A stretch of 64,000 bases of DNA from Coniocarpon cinnabarinum (lineage: Eukaryota). The position numbers and the translations under genes were made by a program. Below the pieces are notes generated by a model that ran no database searches, was not told the origin of the DNA, and saw only the letters and a list, made by a program, of their open reading frames with translations. Shown piece by piece: positions 1 to 10,263 of the stretch; positions within the stretch are counted from its first letter, which is position 1, and each line of letters starts with the position of its first letter. The stretch covers positions 62,001-126,000 of the forward strand of contig JAVECO010000018.1 of NCBI GenBank assembly GCA_051942205.1, given 5' to 3'.

Positions 1-1553
1 ACGTCAATGCACAAGCACTCAACAGTCCCAACATTCATGATATTTCCAAAAGTCGGGTCAATAAAACCCTTCCCACTCGCAAGCGTGCTCCTTGCGAAAT
101 ATCAAAACCTTCAGCGCATTCCCTGCATGCCAACAGATCAATCGCGTACCCGGCATTGTCACCTCGCAAAGCTGCAGCTGATTTCTCCACAGAAGGTTTG
201 TAGTCTTCTGAGTTGATTGAGAATAATTGTGGACTGATAATCCCTCCAGAGACGCCTCTGAAAAGGTTAAACGAGGGGCAAAGCAAGGACTTCGTTCTTC
301 CACCAGCAAATTCCGACTTTGATACATCCAAAGTCGTCTCTGATTTGCAGACCCAGGGTCACACACATCATCGGCATATGATGGATACCTTGATCGCGTC
401 TCCCAAGTCCCGGCTGGGAAATAAAACCTCAACGCTGAAATCTTCCGAGGAGTGCTTTTCCGAATGCATCCACAGCAGCCCAGCTCGTCTAACACAAAGA
501 GAGTATTATTTTGTGCACACTGGCCTGGACGAGCTTGCGAAACTTGAACGTTGTCTAAACAGATTACAAAATGACCCAAGCTTGTCTGAAAGCGCACAAA
601 CTTGTGTAGCGGAAGCCTCGCAGCTCTTCGAATGTCTGGTTCGCAAATACAATGAGCTTACGCGGATCGCACCATTGCATTCCCTAGACTCTTGGGATGT
701 TGATTCGAAGCTGGAGACCCTTGCAGCAGAACGTTTATCCAAGATGCAGGAATCTATTGTGCAAGGCCTTCAACAATTCTTCACTGGTGAGACTTTTATG
801 CGGGCTCATGTTAACGCAGTACAACACGCCGACACCCAATGCTTACGTGCTCACATCCACCATCAAGCCTTGGCAGCAGAACGGACCATGCGTAATTTTC
901 GCGCCGACGCTTATGACCGTGAGCAAGCCATACGTGATGCTCAAGTCGCAGAATCGGACGCGCTTTGTCGAGAGCGGGAGGCGAAAGCCCAGCATGATGG
1001 TGAAATCCGTGCGAAGGACGCAAAAATAGAGTCGATTTTTCGTCAGAACAAACAATTCGTGTGTCTTCAACGAGTCCTTCAAGAGCAGAACAACGATTTG
1101 CAGCGGAAGCTGCGGGAAGCTGAAACAGCGAAGGCGGAGGTCATCAAGAAACTCGAACAGTTGGAGCAGGCCATCAACTCTCTAGTTGAGAACGAAGACA
1201 CGACCAAGAATTGTGCCATTGCAGTTCGCAGTCAAGCAAGGTCATATACGAATAACAGCTGCATGTCGACTACGGAGACGCTTGCCAGCGATGAGGACTC
1301 TGTTGTCCGGGTCACGGGTGTGGACCCTTTGGCAGCTGCGTATCAACTCATGCAGAAGAAGCAGACGGCATTTGGGTTAGAATCACATCTGACAGCTTCC
1401 GGATACATTCTAGATGGATCCACACAGGCTGAGAGCTCGTCTGACGCCAAACGTCGTTCACAAACCACTACAGACGACAGCGAAATATCAAAAAGCACAG
1501 CCACGGAAGTCGATGACGGTAACGAGGCTGATGATGAAAGTCTCTCCCCTTAG
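1..1553 (+). CDS. Hypothetical coiled-coil protein, 5' partial (starts before the window)
   Basis: Frame 3 is open from 3-195; intron 196-249 (GTTTGT...ACTGAT...CAG) joins it in frame to the 213-1553 ORF; central E/Q/A/R-rich heptad region and acidic tail. Confidence 0.75.
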
Positions 1554-1859
1554 TTGGAAGACAGATGAATGATGAATGAATGAGCAACCACTCACAGACT
1601 GCGCAGTGCAGTGGTCTTGGGGCTGGCAAAACTGCCACTGAAGTGGTTCGCAGAGATAGAAGCGAGACAGAACTCGGAAAAGGACAACGAAATTGTGGAC
1701 TCGGGGACAAGCTTGGCTAGCATGCTCAACGCAGGATTTCTCAAGCTGCAATGGGGAATTTTGCCTACGGTGAACCAATATTGATATCGAGGAGCAAGTC
1801 AGTCATCTTTGATAGCTGGATTTGCGTGTTGTAGAGCAAGCAATTGCGACATTTCGCGC

Positions 1860-2270
1860 TCAATTCGCATCGACGATGCCTTTGACGTGTTCCACGTCAT
1901 CCCATTCACATTCCCATACATTAATGACCTCCATCTCCCAATTCTCACTCAATTTGCCAGCCCAGTTATTTCCACCGCAATCGACTTCTTGCCCAGCTCG
2001 ACTCGGCAATTTGCGCCTCATAAAACCAAGCACTCTGACCATTTTCGCTTCTCGCTGCATGTGCTCCGGTTCGGTTTCGGCGGCGATAAATGATTCTTCC
2101 TTCAATGCCTTGACTTCCTCAGCCCATAGGCCACTTTTCCACTTCTCCTTTGGAAAGACCGCGCGAATGAATGGTCCATTTTCGATCGTCCACAAATCCG
2201 TCAAAATCATTGTCAAGCCCTCCTCATCCTCCACAGCGCTGGCAACTCGGGCATACAATTCCAGTATCAT
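1860..2270 (-). CDS. Small hypothetical protein (136 aa), divergent from the repeat-flanked orphan gene
   Basis: Protein-like composition from MILELYARV... to ...EVINVWECEWDDVEHVKGIVDAN. The ORF-track extension to 2432 runs into degenerate units of the 144-bp array, so ATG 2270 is preferred. Confidence 0.6.
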   Translation of the reverse strand: MILELYARVASAVEDEEGLTMILTDLWTIENGPFIRAVFPKEKWKSGLWAEEVKALKEESFIAAETEPEHMQREAKMVRVLGFMRRKLPSRAGQEVDCGGNNWAGKLSENWEMEVINVWECEWDDVEHVKGIVDAN

Positions 2271-2319
2271 ATTTGGCCTGTTCGAGCTTGAATTGGGTCC
2301 AAATATCGCCGTGTTGGAG

Positions 2320-4335
2320 GTATTACCAGATTGAGATGAGCGGGCGGCTGCACAACCAGCGTTAATGGCGGAGCCGGTGCGGAAATGAACTGAGAGATGA
2401 GGCGTTGTTGATAGGCCTGAAATGGGCGACATCTTTTGACTCGAGCGTATCAGATGAGAAAATTACTGGTGGAAAATGAATCAAAGCTGGCTTGGCCGAC
2501 CGATCAGCGGCGATGACAGGATATCTGGGAGTGAAATTGCGCTGCTCACTTTTGGAGTTGGAGTTTAAGGCCTGATTCTCAGGCGACAGTATTGGAGAGT
2601 AGTAAATTACAGGTAGAAAATGAATCTGATTGACATTCGCCACCCAATTCTTAGCAGAAAAGGAGGAAATATGTGTGAGATTGAACTGTTTGTTCAGGTT
2701 CTCGAACTTCAGAGGTAGAGTCTGTAGCTAGAGCACTCCTAAATAGTGATTTGTCACTAACATGTACATGAAACATACATTTGCCACTTTGTTCTGGGAA
2801 GAAAAGAGTAGAATGAATACGAATTTGAGCTGTTGGCTTAGAACCTCACATTTTATAACTAGGTCTCATAGCAAGAGTACATAAAAATAGTAATTTTTTG
2901 GTAAAACGTGAATAAAACTTGTATTTGCCGCCTTGTAATGCAGTAAGATAGAGCGAAAAAGAAGTACAAGTACGCTATACTTCTAGAACCTTACATCTTA
3001 AGATATCTTAAACATTAGTCTTAAAGCAAGAGCATCTAAGCATAGTAAAATATAGGTGAAAGATATGCAATAGTAGTAATCGCTAACTAATTGTAGCTAA
3101 AATTAGTAGGAATACACGTAAAATTGAGCTATTCTTCTAGAATCTAATATTTTATAGTTTGTCATTAAAATTTTAGAAAATAGGTTTTATAGCTAGAGTA
3201 TCTACGCATAGATAATTACTATTAAGAAACAAGTAGTTCTAGTAATTGCTACTTATTCATTAATTAAGAATATAGTAATACACGTTAAATCGGGCTGTTT
3301 GTTTAGAATCTTATAATTTAGAACTTCTTATAATAGTTTAGAAACTAGGATTTTCTATCTAGAGCCTTTCTACGTAGCAAATTGTATGCATAAACTATAT
3401 AATACTAGTAATCGCCGTTCAATTATCGCTTAAAATACTAGTAATATACATAGAATTAGACTATTTTCTAAAATCTAATATTCTAAAACTAGATCTTTTA
3501 GCGCTAGCTTCTACACAAAGTGAATTTAGAGTAGAATGTAAGCAATACTACTAATTGCAAACCAATCATCGCTCAAGATAGGGACAATAAACGCGGAATT
3601 AGGCTGTTCTCTAGAATCTGTCATTTCAGAAATCAGGTTTTCTGGCTAGAGTGCCTCTTCATTACGAATTCTTACCCAAAAAAGGAAAACACTCGTACTC
3701 GCCAACCAATCATGACCGAAAGCAGCGACATTATATGCAGGTTTGGGCTGTTGCTCAGAATCTGACATTTCAGATACCAGGTTCTGTAGCTAGAGCTTCT
3801 CTTTGTTGCGAATTGCTAGTTAAAAGTGAAGAATATCCGTGAGCGCCAGCCAATTATCGCCCAAAATAGGGGCATTGCATACAGGATGAGGCTGTTTCTC
3901 AGAACCTGACATTTCAGATAACAGGTTCTATAGCTAGAGCTTCTTTCTATCGCGAATTATTAGTTGAAAATGAACAATACCCTCAAATGCCGGCAAATCA
4001 TCGCCAAAACTCGTGGCAATACGCGCAAAATCATGCTATTCACCCAGAATCTGACATATCTGATCAGGTTTCATTGCTAGAGCTTCTCTTTCTCGCGAAT
4101 AGCTAGTTAAATATGAATAATACCAGTAAGTGCCGGTATATTATCGCGAAAACTAGTAGCAATACGTGTAAAATCATGCTGTTCACCCAGAATCTGACAT
4201 TTGAATTTTGGAACTTGTGAACAGAGCATCTCGGCACGGTAGGCAGTTGGTGGAATGCGGATATTACCTGTAATCGCCGATCAATCATCGCAGATAACGG
4301 TGATGACATAAGGGAAATGATGCTGTTCACCTTTC
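2320..4335. repeat. Tandem array of ~144-bp units (about 13-14 diverged copies)
   Basis: Anchor AGAA(T/C)CT recurs at about 2840, 2985, 3139, 3305, 3469, 3613, 3757, 3901, 4046 and 4189. A second anchor AATTAC.GGT.GAAAATGAA recurs at about 2460 and 2605. Shared motifs GCTGTT, TCTGACATTTCAGA, CAGGTT, GCTAGAGCTTCT and CAAT(C/T)ATCGC. Confidence 0.92.
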
Positions 4336-4655
4336 ACCTTGCAGCATGCCCCGCCACAGTAGGCAGGCAAGCCACGCTTCCATGAGTTTCCACGCTAAGC
4401 TTGGGCCACATGAGTTTTCACAAAACTTCCCACCTGCTCCTCAACTCTTTTCTTCTTTTTCTTCATCCTTCCATTGTCGATCTTGCCCTGCAGCATCCGC
4501 AAAGTCTTCTGCCTGCTTGTCACATCCAACAATTGTTCATTCGGCTCTCTCTCAGCCAATCAATTGCATCAAGACTCACACACGCATTAGCTGCCAAATC
4601 TCATCATCGACGTCCACTCTTGTTTCCGGCCCATTTCCAGCAATTTTGCGTCAAA

Positions 4656-5954
4656 ATGGACCATTTTCACGATATTAACTGGACACAGCTGTGGCTGTTT
4701 GTCCTGCTTCTCGTCTTCGTCACCCCAAAGCCTGTACAGGCTCTTCTTCTCTGCGCTCTCGGTCTGCCTGTCGTCAACTGCAAGAATTTTGCTATCCTCC
4801 TTGTGTACGGTATCAAGCACAACGAGTTCTGGGGCTCGGTTGCCCTTTCTCACGGCAACTTCCTGTCCCGCTCGTTCTACGCCGCCTGCAAATTCTTGGA
4901 AAACGCGCCTGCTTTGGTCAACATCATCAAGCGTCTGGTCCCCGCTGCCGCGCTGGTCAACGAGCTTCCCGAATGGAAGCCGAGCTTCGTCTGGACCGAC
5001 CTTCTCACCAAGCAGTTCTTCGCGTCCCTTTTTTCCACTAAAGACGACCTGCAACAGATCCGCGTCGCCATCAATGAGGCAAAAGAATGCCTCCATTTCA
5101 TCATATTTCTGCTGTCCTTCGCCCTGTTTGTTCTGGCCGTCAAAAGAGCCTTCTTCGCACCTGCACCAACGCCATCATCGCCGCTCGAGGAGCTGAAAGG
5201 CCCTCTTTCCGCTATTAACAGGACGCTGGCGACATTGATGTCGCGCGATCACACAGCGATCCTCAATAAGATCATTACGCAGTTGGCAGATTTGGCTCCC
5301 CGGGACTTCACATCAAGTTTCGACACCGTCATCAGCAAGCTGGACACACTGGAGTCGCGCAACTATGCAGCGCTCCTGGACAAGATCATTTCCCAGCTCG
5401 CAGAGCTGATGCCCCGGGACTACGCAGGATGCTTCGAAGCCATCAGCAAGAAGCTGGACTCAATGCAGTCCACTTTGGGTTCGCGCGATTACGGAGCAAC
5501 CCTGGAAAAGATCATTAGGCAATTGGCCACGTTGACGTCACGGGACTACACTGGATTCTTCGACGCCATGAGCGACCAGCTGGCGACACTGGAGTCGCGC
5601 GACTACACCGCGCTCCTTGACAACATCATTTCCCAGCTCACAGGGTTGCAGCCAATGGACCACGCACAATCCTTCGAAGCCATCGACGCCAAGCTCGAGG
5701 CGCTGCAGTCGCGCGATGACGCAGCGACCGTGGACGACATCAACAACGCCCTCGCCAGAATCATCGCTTGGATCGAGATCAAGGAGAAGGAAGAGGCCAA
5801 CAGATGTCCTCTGTGTCAGAACGTCGGCCACAAGGCTGAGGAGTGCTTCCGCTGCAGCGGATGCAAGAACACCAAGAGCAAGGGATGCCCGAGGTTCTGC
5901 GAGGTCCAGCGATGGGCGAAGGATGGGCGTGGTCAGCCTAAGGAGCAGCAGTGA
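4656..5954 (+). CDS. Orphan protein (432 aa): N-terminal hydrophobic/TM segments, 9 x 19-aa helical repeats, C-terminal CCHC zinc knuckle plus extra Cys
   Basis: ATG in caaaATGG context, intronless, strongly C/G-ending codons. Repeats of the form (S/P)R(D/N)Y..(L/F)D.I...L..L at 5241-5765. CPLCQNVGHKAEEC followed by CSGC and CPRFC at 5805-5900. Confidence 0.85.
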   Translation: MDHFHDINWTQLWLFVLLLVFVTPKPVQALLLCALGLPVVNCKNFAILLVYGIKHNEFWGSVALSHGNFLSRSFYAACKFLENAPALVNIIKRLVPAAALVNELPEWKPSFVWTDLLTKQFFASLFSTKDDLQQIRVAINEAKECLHFIIFLLSFALFVLAVKRAFFAPAPTPSSPLEELKGPLSAINRTLATLMSRDHTAILNKIITQLADLAPRDFTSSFDTVISKLDTLESRNYAALLDKIISQLAELMPRDYAGCFEAISKKLDSMQSTLGSRDYGATLEKIIRQLATLTSRDYTGFFDAMSDQLATLESRDYTALLDNIISQLTGLQPMDHAQSFEAIDAKLEALQSRDDAATVDDINNALARIIAWIEIKEKEEANRCPLCQNVGHKAEECFRCSGCKNTKSKGCPRFCEVQRWAKDGRGQPKEQQ

Positions 5955-6209
5955 TTGCCTGCGGCGGGGGCCAGTGAAGTCAGGGCACAGAAAGTGCCCA
6001 GTAGCTGGTCCTTGCTTGCGGTGTCGCTGCTGTGGCCGAGGGTTGGGTACGGCGCCATGTGTTCGCTGGGGAGGTTCGGGGGTGTTTCGGGGGTTTGCTT
6101 CTGTGTCGCGGGTTTCGCTTCTTTGTTCGACAGTTTGATGGACGGTTTTCATTCAGCAGCATTACTGGCGCTTGAATAATTACCTGAATTTCAGTCATGA
6201 CATGCAAAC

Positions 6210-6800
6210 CACATTCTTTTCAAACCTTTTCGTTGATATAACCGACCCCCAAAGACTGCGGTTTTTGCAGCGCATCGTGATACACTTCAATAAGCAAAAT
6301 CTCGCCTCAGACCCCGCTGTGCTCGTCTACACGAGATTTTTCGCCACATTCCCCAATACGAAAAGACTGTATTTCTTGCAGCGCATTGTCATACGTATTA
6401 ATAAGCAAAATTTCGCCTCAAATCTTATTGTGCTCATCTGTATCGCCTTTTTCGCCACGTTCACCAATCCGAAAAGACTGCATTTCTTGCAGCGTATTGC
6501 GGTACATTTCAATAAGCAAAATTCCGCACAGAATCCTCGCTATATCCGTCTATATGAATCTTTTCGCCTTATTTGCCGACCCGAAGAGACTGCATTTTTT
6601 GCAGCGCATTGCGACACAATGCAATAGGCAAAATTCTGCATAAAATCCTCGCTGTGCCCGTCTATGCGAATCTTTTCACCTTCTTTTCCGACCCCAAAGG
6701 CCTGCATTATTTGCAGCGCATCACGGTACGTTTCAACCCGCCATATACTGCATGAAAACCTCGCCTTGCCCGTCTATACGAACCTTTTCGTCACATTGAA
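6210..6800. repeat. Tandem array of ~111-112-bp units (about 5.3 copies)
   Basis: Anchor AAAGACTGC (variants) at about 6251, 6362, 6473, 6585 and 6697. Conserved TTGCAGCG(C/T)AT, AATA(A/G)GCAAAAT, C(G/A)TCT(A/G) and TTTTC(G/A)CC blocks. Confidence 0.95.
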
Positions 6801-7019
6801 GTTTGACGCCAGCTCGACCTGACGTTCTAGCTCGAAAATACGCTTGACCATTTTCGGCAATGTATGATGTCGGGTTCCTGCGCTAGCGCCAGGAAGAGTG
6901 GTAGACCCTCGGTGTGACTGAAATTGACTAAACATCAGCTGCATATATTCATCAACCTCAATCAGCTGCAAACGCCATCCCCGAGTACCTGCCTCAGATC
7001 GTGGCCAACTAACAGGAAG

Positions 7020-8105
7020 ATGTCTACATCAATTTACAGAAGTATCCCAGTACTTGTTGGTAACTGTAGAAGTCTCCGGAAATTACCCTTCCTTAGGCCA
7101 CCATTGAAAGGTCATCTACAGCAGCGCTCTTCCGCGCATTCGCCATTGAGTGCAACCTCCGTCGCGACCCGTAAGAAGGTGACAATCCCAACCTTGACAG
7201 CCATGTACAGACGCGATGAGCCTATCACGATGGTCACTGCTCATGATTTTCCATCGTCGCACGTTGCTGACCAGGCGGAGATTGACGTTGTTTTGGTAGG
7301 CGACAGCTTGGCTATGGTGGCCATGGGTATGGAGGACACGAGTGAGTTGACTGTTGACGACATGTTGCTGCACTGTCGCAGTGTAAGTAGAGGTGCAAAA
7401 AGCGCATTCACTGTGAGTGCTGTACGAGTTGCAAGCTGGCGCCGACAATACTGATACACAACTCAGATAGGCGACATGCCGATGGGCTCGTACGAGATCT
7501 CTCCTGAGCAAGCCCTAGCAACCGCCATCCGCTTCATAAAGGAAGGTCGCGTGCAGGCAGTCAAGCTGGAGGGTGGCGAAGAGATGGCACCAACGATCGC
7601 TGCCATAACTTCGAGAGGGATACCAGTCCTGGGGCATGTGGGCTTGACGCCGCAACGACAAAACGCTCTAGGTGGCTTTCGCGTGCAAGGAAAGACCGTC
7701 GCTTCAGCTACAAGGCTACTTCGGGACGCAAGGGCTGTTCAAGACTCAGGTGCTTTCGCTGTAGTCGTGGAGGCGGTTCCACCAGAAGTAGCGAAACTTG
7801 TAACAGACGCTCTGCGAATACCCACAATAAGCATTGGTGCCGGCAACGGTTGCTCGGGTCAAGTTCTTGTGCAGATTGATATGTCAGGCAATTTTCCTCC
7901 TGGTCGCTTTCTGGCTAAGTTTGTGAAACAATTTGGAGATGTCTGGTCGGAGAGCAAGAAAGCCATTGAAACTTATCGAACGGAAGTAAAAAGCCGTGCT
8001 TATCCCTCAGACGCTTATTCCTACCCGATAGCAGAGGCTGAGCTTAGACAGTTCGAGAAGCTCGTCATGGATGAAACAGCAAGGAGCCCGAAATCTCCGT
8101 TTTAA
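7020..8105 (+). CDS. ECM31: 3-methyl-2-oxobutanoate (ketopantoate) hydroxymethyltransferase, mitochondrial
   Basis: PanB motifs LVGDSLAMV, GDMPMGSYE, VKLEGG, GHVGLTPQ and IGAGNGCSGQVLV. Intron 7413-7466. Basic N-terminal presequence. Confidence 0.96.
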
Positions 8106-8590
8106 CCGAAGGCAGGCGTCATGGCATAATTTATCACAAGCTCTTGCCGCGTGTCGTTTTTGAAGCACTAAAGACACCCTTTAGCAGCAATACGACCGGG
8201 TTGAGAGAACAAGCTCACACGCCAGAGATTTCCAACGACCTCGTCCAGACTGGGGGAGAATACACTGTTGACGTAACAAAAGACACTGTCCTTCGGCTGC
8301 ACACCCAGCTTCCTCCGCAGCAAGGTAACGACCTTATCAAATCGATGTGTGCTTGTGACCTTGTAGACAGATTGTTTCAACGACGGGGCCGAGCCGACAG
8401 CATTGAAACGAATCGTAACTTTGGCTTGATCTAGTTCTCCTGCCCCTTGCAATGCTTCGGATGTGTTTCTAGGCAAGGCAGAAAGCACTACCGACGCTGT
8501 CATTGGAAGTGGCTGATCATCTTGATCATCCTCGCTGTCGTTGTCCGCAACCTGAAGTCGTGCTGGACCAAACATATCAGGAGTAGACAT
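8102..8590 (-). CDS. ATG12: Ubiquitin-like autophagy protein Atg12
   Basis: KVTIRFNAVGSAPSLK and SVFCYVNSVFSPSLDE. Intron 8168-8218 gives last exon CFKNDTRQELVINYAMTPAFG*, ending in the conjugating Gly. Confidence 0.95.
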
Positions 8591-8787
8591 ATTCGAACTT
8601 GTCTCCTGATTAATGGCCCCAGAAACTTCAACGTGCTTGGGCAGGAGTTGTACAAGGATATGCAACGATACTTATCGATAGCAGCGGCCTTTCACATGAA
8701 AGTCTTGAATACCTCCCTGCCAAGCATTGGCTGTTTTCAGTAAATACCACTTCTTCCATAGGTATCTAATCAGCAATGACTTAAACC

Positions 8788-10263
8788 ATGATGGAAGCTG
8801 GGAAGCCAAAAGGTCTTCAGCAGATAGAATTGGCCCACCATCAACATTTCTTACAGCCTACAAAAAGAATTAATGTCGAAGACGACGTCAGATTCTTTTT
8901 ATTATCACGAGCCTATACGGATATTGTGACCTTTATCCTTCAGCTTAATGCCAGTCTTTTCCCGACTCGAGTATCGAAGGACTTGTCTGAAGTCAGGGCG
9001 TGGGAACTCGGCAATGATGAGGTGCCCTCCACGTCAGCGACTCTACAGCTTTCAAACCTCCTGTCGGAACTCAATCTGCTCATCGCGCAAGCCCCACCTG
9101 ATCAAGGACCGCGTCGTTTTGGCAACGTAGCATTCCGAAAGTGGTTCAGTCTTGTCGAGGAGAAAATCGACGCCCTCCTAGAAAAGTATCTGACTACTCT
9201 GGATGTGACCATTTTCCATGGCGCACAGAAGGAACTCAAGTCATACTTCCTGGGCAGCTTTGGCAGTGCCCAACGACTCGATTATGGCACGGGTCATGAG
9301 CTGAGCTTTTTTGCCTTTCTTGCAGCTCTGTGGAAGCTTGGAGCTTTCAAATGTACAGGTGGTGAAAATGACCTCATGCAAGAGCGAGCCATCGTGTTGC
9401 ATGTGTTTGAACCGTAAGTAACGCCGTCTGCGAAAATCGTGCCTAGGGCTTACGGAGCTTCTTCAAAGCTATCTGAAACTAGTGCGGCGTCTAATCATAA
9501 CATATACACTTGAGCCGGCAGGCTCACATGGTGTCTGGGGTCTCGATGATCACTCCTTCCTACCCTATCTATTCGGATCAGCCCAGCTTGGTCCACCAGT
9601 CTCCAACATTGCAGACACCCCACAAGAGGGGTCATTAAGCAATGCACCTGACGTGACAGATGTCACTAAGGCGGCTGTGGTGGAACGCGAGCGCAACCGA
9701 AACATGTATTTCTCGGCCATTGGCTTCATCTACGATGTTAAGAAAGGCCCATTCTGGGAGCACAGCCCTATGTTGTATGACATCTCGGGCATTCGCGCAG
9801 GCTGGGCAAAAGTTAACAAGGTACGTGTTCATGCACTGCAATGCTATTTCAGGATGCGATACAGGAAGATCCTCATGCGCTGCAGGGTATGATCAAGATG
9901 TACGTTGCCGAAGTCCTATCCAAGTTTCCAGTGGTACAGCATTTCCCGTTCGGGAGCATCTTTACCTGGGAGAGAGACCCAAATGCTTTTCCGCCTCCTA
10001 GCACGCCTCATATCTCCAATAGTCAAACACCATCGGGTCCATCTGCGCTGTCAGCGCCAACCACTCGATCTGTGCCATCCGCTGGATCAGATTACGCCAT
10101 GAGCACGGCGCCCACAAGAGCCCCCTGGGCTTCGACGAGTTCACAAGGCCGCGGTGAGTCCGCATCTGCGTCCATGCCTTCGACTAAAGCGCCATGGGCA
10201 AAGTCGCCTGCAGATACAGGTCTGCATGCGCCTGCCCGAGCTCCTTGGACGCCGTATCGTTGA
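8788..10263 (+). CDS. RRD1: PP2A phosphatase activator (PTPA family)
   Basis: [40 protein letters not shown] and [15 protein letters not shown]. Introns 9414-9468 and 9821-9885. Three (R/K)APW motifs in the tail. Confidence 0.93.

Noticed and set aside
1565..1583. (ATGA)n-type microsatellite after the first gene
   Set aside because: Short, imperfect and ordinary 3'-UTR sequence.
4401..4655. Longer N-terminus for the orphan gene
   Set aside because: It begins at TTG in pyrimidine-rich, UTR-like sequence; ATG 4656 has the better context and codon bias starts there. ATG 4410 cannot be fully excluded.
6172..6755. ORFs 6172-6627, 6386-6643 and 6573-6755 as a repeat protein
   Set aside because: They are translations of the 111/112-bp array; the 112-bp units shift frame, which argues against coding selection.
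2320..6800. CRISPR-like or guide-RNA array
   Set aside because: Units are homologous over their whole length with no repeat/unique-spacer alternation; no cas or other nuclease gene; eukaryotic context.
4656..6800. Intact LTR retrotransposon, LINE or Helitron
   Set aside because: Only a zinc knuckle is present: no protease, RT, integrase or Rep-helicase, and no LTR pair, poly(A) tail or clear CTRR end.
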